Below are positions 40,593 through 49,726 of a stretch of 64,000 nt of DNA, one piece after another. The stretch is from an uncultured Candidatus Saccharibacteria bacterium (GTDB lineage: Bacteria > Patescibacteriota > Saccharimonadia > CAILAD01 > BJGX01). The notes below the pieces were generated by a model. The model did not search any database. It saw only the letters and a list, made by a program, of their open reading frames with translations, and was not told the DNA's origin. Every line of letters starts with the position of its first letter. The stretch's first letter is position 1. Both the position numbers and the translations under genes were made by a program. The DNA is taken from contig CAYRNO010000001.1 in the NCBI GenBank assembly GCA_964425715.1, forward strand, positions 10,645-74,644, read 5' to 3'.

Positions 40593-42093
40593 AAAGGGAC
40601 TTTCGAGTAATTCGGAGGTCTTTTTTGTTTGGGGTCAACCTGTACAGGGTGCATATTGAGTTAGTGCTAACTTTTTTATTTGAGTTGAAGATAATTCCAT
40701 CAGGGAATAGCAATTGTTGGCACAAAGTGCGTTCATCTTGATTTAGTTCCCACCAATCTGTTTTTAATCTGTTACTATATTCCAGCCCAAACTTAACAAA
40801 TTCTACCAAATCCCCCTGTAGTTTATTTGAATCTGCTATTTGTTTAGATAACTCGCTAATCTCTAGCTGTATCTTTCTAATTTCAGCCTGTATACCGTCT
40901 TTGAACTCAGACGTCACTTTAGCAAGTTCTCTATATAGCCCAGACAACTCTATTTCGAGCGATTCTCGCTGCCTTTGAAGCGTTTTAAGACTTCTGATGT
41001 TATCTTGTTGCTTCTTATTCCAAACAGTTGCTAAAGCTCTCATAAAGTCTTTCTGTTGAGCATTTTGATAATTAACTTGCAGTAGTATATTAGTAATAGC
41101 CTTGTGTACATCTTGTCGATGATATTGTTTACCACATTTTCTGCAACGATACTTTGGGTAAAACTTACCATTACCATTACCTTGATTTGAACCTGTAAAC
41201 TTAGCTCCTGGTTGACAGTCGTGAATTAGTAATTTGTTCATTGGAAAGTTGGGGTTGTACTGCAATTTTCTAAAAGACCGAATCTTACGACCATTTATTA
41301 CCTCAACTATACTATCGTGTTCCTCCTTTGAAATCATTGGTGTGTGTAAACCATTCTCGCACCTTGCATTCACTTGTTTACCCACAACTATAATGCCGCA
41401 ATAGTAAGGGTTCACTATAAACTTTACGAACTTATCTATCTTCATTGGTGTTCTGCCGTTACTAATGAATTCGGTTTTGTTGAGTTGCTTTAGTGCTTCA
41501 GATGGTGTAGCCATCCTGTTTGCGATGCTTTTTAGTGCTTGTTGAAAAGGTACTCCCTGAATCGGGTGGAAAACGTGTACTCCTGGCTTATCGCTATGCA
41601 TATAACCTGGCAAAGGTGGGAAAGTATAACGACCTTCTTTGACTGCAGCCCTATGACCAGTAACTGACTTTCTTTGTCTTTCCTCGTTACTGCTTTCAGC
41701 AGCAAAGTATTTCATAAATTTCATAAGCTTAGCTGTCATATCGTCAGTGTTTAGTTCAGGGTCAGAGGCATACCACACTTTTACACCAACCATTCGAAAT
41801 TCAACCTCAAAATGAAAAGCTTCATCTACAGACCTCATAAACCTATCAGGTTCGTCAACGATAAGATATTTGACTGCTCGATTTTTTCTGCAAAAATCTA
41901 ACATTTCTCTAATGTCTCTACGCTTAACATTTGTTCCTGCTTTACTCGAAACATCGCCAGACCATTCTTTAATAATCTCAGCATCAAGTTCTTGAGACGC
42001 TCTCATAACAGAACTCTGTTGTCTGTTTAGGCTATTGCTTTGCTTCTGTTCAGCAGTCGAGACCCTACAGTTTGCTATTGCTTTTATTTTCAC
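40549..42093 (-). CDS. Large serine recombinase (integrase); C-terminus runs through att into antisense tmRNA
   Basis: CRVSTAEQ catalytic Ser, DRFMR, recombinase domain NPYYCG/HTPMIS, Zn ribbon YRCRKC, coiled coil. Confidence 0.93.
   Translation of the reverse strand: MKIKAIANCRVSTAEQKQSNSLNRQQSSVMRASQELDAEIIKEWSGDVSSKAGTNVKRRDIREMLDFCRKNRAVKYLIVDEPDRFMRSVDEAFHFEVEFRMVGVKVWYASDPELNTDDMTAKLMKFMKYFAAESSNEERQRKSVTGHRAAVKEGRYTFPPLPGYMHSDKPGVHVFHPIQGVPFQQALKSIANRMATPSEALKQLNKTEFISNGRTPMKIDKFVKFIVNPYYCGIIVVGKQVNARCENGLHTPMISKEEHDSIVEVINGRKIRSFRKLQYNPNFPMNKLLIHDCQPGAKFTGSNQGNGNGKFYPKYRCRKCGKQYHRQDVHKAITNILLQVNYQNAQQKDFMRALATVWNKKQQDNIRSLKTLQRQRESLEIELSGLYRELAKVTSEFKDGIQAEIRKIQLEISELSKQIADSNKLQGDLVEFVKFGLEYSNRLKTDWWELNQDERTLCQQLLFPDGIIFNSNKKVSTNSICTLYRLTPNKKDLRITRKSLLVELEGIAPSSMKN
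40584..40595 (+). repeat. att core, tmRNA side
   Basis: GCTCCACCAAAA. Confidence 0.85.
40592..40627 (+). terminator. Island-supplied terminator for ssrA
   Basis: AAAAGGGACTTTCGAG TAA TTCGGAGGTCTTTTTT hairpin and U tract. Confidence 0.75.
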
Positions 42094-42180
42094 AAACTAT
42101 CTCCAAAAACCATAAAAGGCAGTCTCTGGGATACGTCGTTATGACACGACAAACAGAGACTGCCATTTATAAATTCTAGA

Positions 42181-42345
42181 TTAAGAACCAAGCTTGTCAT
42201 AATTTGTATCCTTAACCATTATCTTATTTTTACCTGTTGAATGCAACTTTTTTATATTAATATATCTTCCATATAAGAAGTTTGCCCACTCAGTTAACTC
42301 CTCTTGACTTAAAGGTTTTTGTTTAGTTTTGGCATTACTTTTCAC
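42181..42345 (-). CDS. 54-aa protein upstream of the recombinase (not in ORF track; candidate directionality factor or regulator)
   Basis: GTG start; MKSNAKTKQKPLSQEELTEWANFLYGRYINIKKLHSTGKNKIMVKDTNYDKLGS; overlaps the end of the upstream ORF. Confidence 0.55.
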   Translation of the reverse strand: MKSNAKTKQKPLSQEELTEWANFLYGRYINIKKLHSTGKNKIMVKDTNYDKLGS

Positions 42346-42613
42346 TAAAACTCAACCCTTCAATAATATCATCTGCAATACTTTGTATTTTATCCACTAA
42401 CTCAGCTGATTTGAGCCGTATTTCAGCCTTGTTTGAGACATTAACAATATACTCAGCTGTTTCTGTTAAAACACGGCATTCAAATAGTCCTAATACAGCT
42501 TTTTCTAAGGTAGGGTAGTAGCCATCGGTATTCCATTGAGAGCCAGCTTGTTTCTGTACCATATAGCCGTGCAGGTAACTTTTTATTCGATAGTGTTTGT
42601 ATCTGATAGTCAT
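42335..42613 (-). CDS. Island hypothetical protein (phage-like)
   Basis: ORF track; GYYPTLEKAV segment. Confidence 0.65.
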   Translation of the reverse strand: MTIRYKHYRIKSYLHGYMVQKQAGSQWNTDGYYPTLEKAVLGLFECRVLTETAEYIVNVSNKAEIRLKSAELVDKIQSIADDIIEGLSFSEK

Positions 42614-42673
42614 ATACCAAGACTACCAATGGAGTCTATAGGTGTATAACCAGTTATCTACCTATGTTGCTGG

Positions 42674-43501
42674 TTAGACATCTATCTTATTTTGTTGCTT
42701 AATAAATCTATCTGCAAGTTTTTGGAGGTTTACATATGACAAATCTAAACTTGAAGTATCTAGGTCTGCATATTCTTCTGCTAGTTTTGCCTCAACTGTT
42801 CTCCAGGTATTATATTTGCTTTCATTCTTCAAGAGCCAAGCCATTTGTCCAATCTTAAGGTTAAGGGGGTCAATACCTACCTTTGGCTTAGTTGGCAATT
42901 GGCTTAATGCCTTATCTATTTGTGACTTGTTGTCATCCAGGTACTTTTTTATTCTAGAGATAGAAGTTCTGTAGTTAAAATATATTAGCGGTGTATACAG
43001 ATAGTTTTTTGCATACGATTTTTCGATACTAGACTTTATGAGTCTACCTTTAATGCCTTTGAGTGGTCCTGGTGGTATATATAATCCAAGCGGTTGGTCT
43101 GGAGGTATAGGGAGGGTGTGAGTTAATATTACAACTTCTATAGAAAATACCCAATTTCTAGGAAGTTTATATCTGCTAGCTAGCCACTCTGCCCAACCTT
43201 TTGTGCCATATTCAAATTCTTTATTTGCTGTATGAACAAATTCTACAAGCTTTTCTAGGTTATTTTGCTTTGGGAAACTGTATAATTTTTTCATTTTAAG
43301 CTTGTTACGAATCCTGTCGAGCTGGTCATAAAAGCTATCACACCAAGATAAAACCTCAGCTAACTTATAATCCGACAAATCATAGCTGTTTTTAGAATAG
43401 CCAGGCAAATAAGTTATTTCAAAATCCCTGTCGTTATCTAGACTTTTGATTGATGAGTCATTCATATTAACTAATATACAGCTTAATTGTCTAATAGGCA
43501 C
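42674..43501 (-). CDS. Island hypothetical protein
   Basis: 275-aa ORF, no recognised motif; the true start may be downstream. Confidence 0.65.
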   Translation of the reverse strand: MPIRQLSCILVNMNDSSIKSLDNDRDFEITYLPGYSKNSYDLSDYKLAEVLSWCDSFYDQLDRIRNKLKMKKLYSFPKQNNLEKLVEFVHTANKEFEYGTKGWAEWLASRYKLPRNWVFSIEVVILTHTLPIPPDQPLGLYIPPGPLKGIKGRLIKSSIEKSYAKNYLYTPLIYFNYRTSISRIKKYLDDNKSQIDKALSQLPTKPKVGIDPLNLKIGQMAWLLKNESKYNTWRTVEAKLAEEYADLDTSSLDLSYVNLQKLADRFIKQQNKIDV

Positions 43502-43915
43502 AGCGTAACAAATATGTTTTTGTAAGTAGTTATACAGGTGTAGTCAGTGTATACACAGTATCGTAATTTCACACAGCCATTTATCAACTCAAAGGATACC
43601 TACAAACAACAAACTATATTATATATATCAAAGCATAGTGTCTTTGTTAGAGAGTAAAACAGGGGATATACCACCTGTATAGTTAAGCAATGTTAAGTAA
43701 AAGTAACTACAAAGCAAGTTAAACAAGTAGCCTTACATATTCTTGTAGCCATTTGTATTGCTACTCTGGACATATTCAGATAACCATTTATCGCTTCACA
43801 TATACAAAAATTATATATATAAACTCGGTTTGCCTATCAAGACACTGGTATATATGCCTATATGAGCCTGTATCTGTATATTAAGATATGCCCTAGAAAC
43901 TTCTTTTCTATATAT

Positions 43916-44086
43916 TTATAACTTTGGGAGTAGCTTTTCAGCCTTTAGTTTACTGAGGGGTGTGTCTTTGAGTTGTTGGAGTTTAGCGAATATCTTTTTG
44001 GCTCCAACAGGTGTGTCGGCATAGACAACTATCTGGGTTAACTCTTTTTTATCTTTAAGCCAGACATTGTAAAAGTATTTTGTCAT
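43916..44086 (-). CDS. 56-aa island protein (not in ORF track)
   Basis: MTKYFYNVWLKDKKELTQIVVYADTPVGAKKIFAKLQQLKDTPLSKLKAEKLLPKL, 3 nt after the upstream stop. Confidence 0.5.
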   Translation of the reverse strand: MTKYFYNVWLKDKKELTQIVVYADTPVGAKKIFAKLQQLKDTPLSKLKAEKLLPKL

Positions 44087-44089
44087 AAG

Positions 44090-44614
44090 CTACCTAACGA
44101 GTTCGTGTTGTTCCATCCATTCAATTAGAGGTTTGCATATAGCCTCGGTAAGTAGCATATTAAGCTTTAACATAAAAATCATACTACTACTAGGTTCACT
44201 TATTATTTTTGACTTTTCAGTTAGTAGTAAAGTTACTAAATCAGAATTCACCCCATCGTAACCTGCCAGTGGGTTCGTATCAACATCTGAATAATAGGTA
44301 TATATCTGGATAAATTCAATTACTAATTTGTATATTACTTTTCCCACATCGTCTTTGATAAATAAATCTTTAATATATTGTTCTATCGTATTATACGAAG
44401 GTTCACCATATTGATTTTTAACTACAGTCAGCTTAATCGATACTAAATACGCCCATAAACAATTTTTAATTCTATTATTATTATGGAGTTTTGCATCAGG
44501 GTCTGCTTCCTGAATAAGCCTAATAATTACCTCTGAATAAGTATCAATTGATTTATAAGATTCGTTGTATATATAAGTCGCAACAGAGCTCTCAGTTATT
44601 TCTTTCTTTTTCAT
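44090..44614 (-). CDS. Island hypothetical protein
   Basis: ORF coupled (TAATG) to the upstream membrane protein. Confidence 0.7.
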   Translation of the reverse strand: MKKKEITESSVATYIYNESYKSIDTYSEVIIRLIQEADPDAKLHNNNRIKNCLWAYLVSIKLTVVKNQYGEPSYNTIEQYIKDLFIKDDVGKVIYKLVIEFIQIYTYYSDVDTNPLAGYDGVNSDLVTLLLTEKSKIISEPSSSMIFMLKLNMLLTEAICKPLIEWMEQHELVR

Positions 44615-45315
44615 TAAGAACCCACTGCACCAGCAAGTATAAGATTTAAGATTGCAAACACAAAGATTATAGTCGTAATTACAACATAAACTTTTAGTGT
44701 ATTTATGACTGTTCTTTTTTTACCTTTGGGGTAAAATTTCTCGTGCCTCACCATATTGTAAAGACCACCCATTAATAGCCCAATGATTATAAATACCCCT
44801 ATTGCAAGTGCAGGTCCAATTATGTGACCACCCCAGCTGTAACTTTCATTTATAGAACCAACTGTAACGTTGTAAATTAGAGTAATAAAATAAGACATCA
44901 ATAGTAGAACTGAAAGGGTTATAGTATCCTTGTCGTTCTTCTTATCTTTCTTTGAAGTTTTATAGTTACTTTCTTTAGATAACTTTTCATCAAGCAATTC
45001 TGTAAAATAACCAGATATTAGCATAAATGGGGTGGTCATCAAGCTCATAGCGATAACTATTAAATAACCACCAATAACCACAAACAGCACAAAATGTAAA
45101 AAATTAGAGAAGAAAAGACCCCACGCTACATATAGATAATATATCCCGACTATAAAATACAAGATATTCATTACCACCACTGATAAACCATATATAGTTT
45201 TCATTACTGCAGCTTTCTGTAGAACTAGTGATATTAAGTAACCTATAAAGCAAATTATTGTCCAGATTAAAAGGTATAGAACAAAAATTACTAAAAAGTA
45301 GAATATTGGATGCAT
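44614..45315 (-). CDS. Island polytopic membrane protein
   Basis: About six hydrophobic helices. Confidence 0.75.
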   Translation of the reverse strand: MHPIFYFLVIFVLYLLIWTIICFIGYLISLVLQKAAVMKTIYGLSVVVMNILYFIVGIYYLYVAWGLFFSNFLHFVLFVVIGGYLIVIAMSLMTTPFMLISGYFTELLDEKLSKESNYKTSKKDKKNDKDTITLSVLLLMSYFITLIYNVTVGSINESYSWGGHIIGPALAIGVFIIIGLLMGGLYNMVRHEKFYPKGKKRTVINTLKVYVVITTIIFVFAILNLILAGAVGS

Positions 45316-45345
45316 ATATCTCCCAATCTAGAAGCAACAGTATTT

Positions 45346-45900
45346 TTAATAAGACTCACAACCATATCCATCATAGTCGCCATCCAGCCTGTGTTTATCG
45401 TATCCATATACTTCAACTGTGTAGCCTATATCTGCACAATCAAGGTCGTATGATACGTTAGGTACACAACCAGAGTAGTTTGTGTCGCAGTTCGGAGGTG
45501 GGGGTGGTTGTTTTGTGCCTATTGCAGTTCTTTCTGAGACTGGCTGAGTTGTAACTGCCTCACTAGCTACTACACGGCTTATCTCAACTCCATTCTCTAG
45601 AGTAACTGTATATGTTGTAGTTTTCTCACCGTTTATACATCCTTGCGTGACATTTGATTTGCCAACCAGTAAGTTTGGGTCATTATACTGTTCCTTAGTA
45701 CAAGGTATAGGTGTTTTTGTAGTAGTAGTTGTTGTTTCTATTTTTTTGGTTTGTTCTGCGTTATCAGCCTTAGGGCTATTTGACTGATAATTCGAGGCAA
45801 ATGCAGCAACAGCAAACAGTGGCACTAGAGCAGAAAGAGCAATCAAGCCTAATCTGCTTTCTTTGGATAAACTCTTAAACCACTTTATTAACTTTTTCAT
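45346..45900 (-). CDS. Exported G5-domain protein with C-terminal Excalibur-like Ca-binding motif
   Basis: Signal/TM; DPNLLVGK...QGCINGEK...VTTQPVSERTAIGTK (G5); DLDC...HRLDGDYDGYGCE. Confidence 0.82.
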   Translation of the reverse strand: MKKLIKWFKSLSKESRLGLIALSALVPLFAVAAFASNYQSNSPKADNAEQTKKIETTTTTTKTPIPCTKEQYNDPNLLVGKSNVTQGCINGEKTTTYTVTLENGVEISRVVASEAVTTQPVSERTAIGTKQPPPPPNCDTNYSGCVPNVSYDLDCADIGYTVEVYGYDKHRLDGDYDGYGCESY

Positions 45901-46088
45901 CTAATTCAACCTTTAATTCGATACTAGAGCATAATATTGCTTTTTGCAAGCATACGGTTATAGCTTAGTGTAATTCACTCCGTGCACCTCTATACATCCG
46001 TTAAGCTTGTATCTCACATATTGTGAATACAGTAACTCTTTCCAGTTGTTTACATTTTCAGAAATACTGTGCCAACTTTTATCTATTC

Positions 46089-46100
46089 GCTCCACCAAAA
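46089..46100 (+). repeat. att core, distal side (duplicated tmRNA 3' end)
   Basis: GCTCCACCAAAA. Confidence 0.85.
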
Positions 46101-46131
46101 AACGATCAAGATTGAGACTTGGTCTTTTTTT
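46097..46131 (+). terminator. Probable original ssrA terminator displaced by the island
   Basis: GATCAAG-ATTGAGA-CTTGGTC hairpin plus T7 directly after the distal att. Confidence 0.65.
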
Positions 46132-46216
46132 GTGTCTAGATACCTCGAGCTATAGAGTCTTTCAGCAAGAATTAAACCAGACTATTATAGGTCTGGTTTT
46201 TTGATAGAAACGTATT

Positions 46217-47239
46217 TTATTGGGGTGGGATTGATCTAGGACGGAGCTTCATGAGCTCCCCCTTAAGGGTGTAGGCACTATTGGGCACATCCCAGTGGCA
46301 CATATCACGAACTGGGCAAGACCCACAAAATTGTCTATATCTCTCAAGTTCAGACCCGCTCCAGATGGGTATGTAAGCGGGAGTCTCAGTCTGGCGAGCA
46401 CGATATTGTCTAGACAGGGTTCTATTGCCGGGGTTCTTGGCGCAACCCACGCTAGAAAGCAGCCAGACGGCATTACAGAGCTCTATAGGGCTTATGTTGT
46501 GACGATTGCAGTAATCGGCGAACAAACCCCTTAGGACCGTCTGAAGGTGCTCAGAATAGATATTTCTACCTATTGATTCGCCAGAGAACTTCACCATCTC
46601 AGTCTCTATGCATACTCGCATGACATGAAAGTCGATCGGTATTGGGAAGGGGATTGGCTCGATTATATCTGTAGCTATGTAGAAATACATAAGCATACTG
46701 ACCATCTTATACTGGAAACCCATAAACCCCTGTCGGTGAGTAAACTCTTTGGTCTTTCTGTGCCGTCTGCTCTTATTGCGAATACGATCACAGGCTTCCT
46801 CATAGCTCTCTACACCGACGAATATTTTGCGAGGGTCTCCATCATACCAATCCAACAATCTTTGAGCGTTCTCAATCCAATGTGGCGGAGCGGATCTCTT
46901 GAGGTATCTCAGATCAACTCTTTCTAATGATGCGGTGATAGATTCTGGTTTGATCCTAACTATCTCATAAGGATCAAATAACCTTGGCCTTCTGGAGTAA
47001 AGACGAGCAAGCTGTTTGGCGGCGGTGTTACTCTTAATACCGCCTTTCATATATAGACATAGTACAAATAGAAACATTGCATGCTCGACGGAGCCCAACT
47101 CCAATCTTCTTTCGAGATCAGCCACTTCATGAGGTAATTGGGTGGTCGGAAGACCATATATAAATCTCCCGTCTCGGTATGAATCCAAGAGAGTTCCTAG
47201 GACTTTCTCAACGCGATCATGGTCGACTGTGATCTGCAC
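46217..47239 (-). CDS. HhH-GPD superfamily (endonuclease III-like) DNA glycosylase homologue
   Basis: YDGDPRKIF, HhH-like FMGFQYKMVSM, PIDFHVMRV, C-terminal CGSCPVRDMC. Confidence 0.72.
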   Translation of the reverse strand: MQITVDHDRVEKVLGTLLDSYRDGRFIYGLPTTQLPHEVADLERRLELGSVEHAMFLFVLCLYMKGGIKSNTAAKQLARLYSRRPRLFDPYEIVRIKPESITASLERVDLRYLKRSAPPHWIENAQRLLDWYDGDPRKIFVGVESYEEACDRIRNKSRRHRKTKEFTHRQGFMGFQYKMVSMLMYFYIATDIIEPIPFPIPIDFHVMRVCIETEMVKFSGESIGRNIYSEHLQTVLRGLFADYCNRHNISPIELCNAVWLLSSVGCAKNPGNRTLSRQYRARQTETPAYIPIWSGSELERYRQFCGSCPVRDMCHWDVPNSAYTLKGELMKLRPRSIPPQ

Positions 47240-47460
47240 AACAGCTCCTATCGTAAGGTACTAATATAATTATTGATTAATAATAAATGTATTGCAATAA
47301 ATCTATAGGACAAAGAATAAAGTCTAGTATTTTAGAAGTATTTATGCTATACTATATCTCAAGTAGGTTTCTTTCTTTAGCGCTCTTGATTCAAGATGAC
47401 ATAGCAAGAATAGAAGTGGTCGTCCTGCTCCAAGAGAATTAAAAGGAAAAAATAATCTAG

Positions 47461-47718
47461 ATGAAAAAGTTATTTGTTGGCAACTTGCCATACACAGTTA
47501 CTTCAGAACAACTTAGCGAAATATTCGGTGAGTACGCAGAAGTAACTTCTGCAAATGTTATTACAGATCGTATGAACGGTCGTAGTAAAGGCTTTGGTTT
47601 TGTCGAATTAGCTGAGAGTGCAGATCTAAATGCTGTTATCGAAGCTACTAATGGCAAAGAGATTGAAGGACGAGCTATCACAGTTAGTGAAGCACGACCA
47701 CAACAACCTCGCGACTAA
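47461..47718 (+). CDS. RRM RNA-binding protein
   Basis: RNP2 LFVGNL, RNP1 KGFGFVEL. Confidence 0.95.
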   Translation: MKKLFVGNLPYTVTSEQLSEIFGEYAEVTSANVITDRMNGRSKGFGFVELAESADLNAVIEATNGKEIEGRAITVSEARPQQPRD

Positions 47719-48025
47719 GCTACATTATAAAAAACAGGTCAATGAATTTAAATTTCGGGCCTGTTTTTTTGTATTAAGTATTCTTAGTTCAAAGCAATTT
47801 AAATCGTATACAAAAAAAATCTTGAAAAATAATTTCCAAGATTTTTTTAAATGAATTAATAATTTACAAAACAAATTGGCGTCGCCTTGTGAGCTTCGCC
47901 AATCTGTTGAAAAGAGCTTTGTTTTTGTTTTGAGTAATTTTAGTGTGCAGCACTACATCCATAATAAAGCCTAAGCATAAGCCTTGTCAACAACTTTTTT
48001 GAAAGTTTTTATAAGATTTTTTGAA

Positions 48026-49030
48026 TTATAATTTGCCAAGTCGTGCATTTGAATTTTGTTTGAGGTGTTTTTCAAATATATTTTGGGCATTTTTTTCATT
48101 TTCTGTCTTGCCAAGCCAAGTCCTAAGTGCTGGCTCCTGTAAAGCTCTAGAAAATGAGAATGTAATAGGAATCGATAGTTTAGACTGGCTTTCTATAGCA
48201 TTTAGATTAGCTGTAGCTTGTTCTGGGGTTTGCCCACCAGATAAGAATACAATACCGGCGATATCTGTAGGTACTCTTTTTGAAAAGATATCTAGAGTAT
48301 GATTAGCAACTTCTTCTGGTGAGGATTGTACTTTATAGGATTTTCCAGCCATAGACATACTTGTTTTTAGTATTACAGCACTTAGATCTACTTTGTAGGC
48401 TAATAGTAATTCAAACAAGACTCTATAGACCTGAGATAATACCTGGCCACATTCTTCGATGGTGTGCTCACCATCATATAAAACTTCTGGCTCTACTATA
48501 GGGACTATTTCGTTACTCTGAGCAATGCTTGCATATCTTGCCATAGAATTTAGATTAGAGTGGAGGGCTGTAGAGGTTGGTAGTTTTTTATTGGCATCTA
48601 CAGTAAATACGCAACGCCATTTTGTAAATTTGGCTCCTAGGCTACTATATTCTTTAAGACGTTCGGACAATCCGTCGAGCCCTTCTGTATACATTTCATC
48701 AGGGAAATTATCGAGCGACACAAGACCCTTGTCTACCTTGATACCTGTCAATATGTTGTTTTTCTTGAATAGTTCCGCAAAAAGTACTCCGTTATCAGTT
48801 TTTTGGTGTATTGTCTCTTCATAGAGTATAACTCCACTTATATATTTTGCGAAGTTGGGCGTAGTGAAGAGTAATTGACGGTATTGCCTACGGGTCTCTG
48901 GATCCTTGGTAATACCTAGTTCATCAAAACGCTTGTCGCATGTTTTATTGCTCTCGTCAGCCGCCAATATGCCCTTGGGTGACTCCATTAGCTGTTTTGC
49001 AGTACTTTGAAGTGAATTATTAGTCATCAT
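48026..49030 (-). CDS. Fructose-bisphosphate aldolase class I
   Basis: KGILAADES, GIKVDKG, EGLDGL, KWR, VPIVEPEV, FLSGGQ, FSFSRALQ. Confidence 0.95.
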   Translation of the reverse strand: MMTNNSLQSTAKQLMESPKGILAADESNKTCDKRFDELGITKDPETRRQYRQLLFTTPNFAKYISGVILYEETIHQKTDNGVLFAELFKKNNILTGIKVDKGLVSLDNFPDEMYTEGLDGLSERLKEYSSLGAKFTKWRCVFTVDANKKLPTSTALHSNLNSMARYASIAQSNEIVPIVEPEVLYDGEHTIEECGQVLSQVYRVLFELLLAYKVDLSAVILKTSMSMAGKSYKVQSSPEEVANHTLDIFSKRVPTDIAGIVFLSGGQTPEQATANLNAIESQSKLSIPITFSFSRALQEPALRTWLGKTENEKNAQNIFEKHLKQNSNARLGKL

Positions 49031-49206
49031 TTATCCTTAAGATAAATAATATCATAGCATAAGCACAAATACACCATACATAACAAAATATTACAACATA
49101 AATATAGTGCTACAGCATTAAATGTATGTAATTAAAACGTACTATTACAGGTTACAAGATACTTATTTTACTAAATTGAAAATGTCCTAAGAACTACATA
49201 TGTATT

Positions 49207-49656
49207 CTATTTCTTGTTTTTGATATCACGACCAGCGTCTCTTAACATATCTCGTATTTTGATAGATTCACGTTTGTCGTAGCGTTTTTTGCTTTTACCT
49301 ATTATAAGCTCTACCTTTACTAGGCCTTTTTGAATACCGATATAGAGAGGAACGACAATCTTTCCTTCCGATTTTATAGCGTTTAGTAGGCTTGCAATCT
49401 CTTTTTTGTGTAATAATAGTTTTCTATCTTGAGTGGGTTCATATTCTTCAGTAGCAGATGCTAACTTATATCTGTTAATATGAGCATTTTTCAGGTATGC
49501 TTCATTGCCTAATATCCCAATATAACTTCCTTTGAGACTTACATTGCCTAATTTGACACTCTTGACCTCTTGACCTGTTAATACCACACCAGCTATTAGG
49601 TGATCGGTAATTTCATAATCGTATTTTACTCGCCTGTTGATTGCTACTTTCTTCAT
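49207..49656 (-). CDS. smpB: SsrA-binding protein
   Basis: AGVVLTGQEVKS, RKLLLHKKEI, KKRYDKRE. Confidence 0.96.
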   Translation of the reverse strand: MKKVAINRRVKYDYEITDHLIAGVVLTGQEVKSVKLGNVSLKGSYIGILGNEAYLKNAHINRYKLASATEEYEPTQDRKLLLHKKEIASLLNAIKSEGKIVVPLYIGIQKGLVKVELIIGKSKKRYDKRESIKIRDMLRDAGRDIKNKK

Positions 49657-49726
49657 ATCTGCTATTATAACCTACCAAAATATCAAATAGGTGCAAAGAA
49701 TGACTATAATTAGCTATAATATAATA

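Larger units (their letters stand above)
40584..46100. mobile_element. ~5.5-kb integrative island at the tmRNA 3' end (serine recombinase)
   Basis: 12-bp direct repeat GCTCCACCAAAA at 40584-40595 and 46089-46100; recombinase adjacent; all cargo on the minus strand. Confidence 0.88.
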
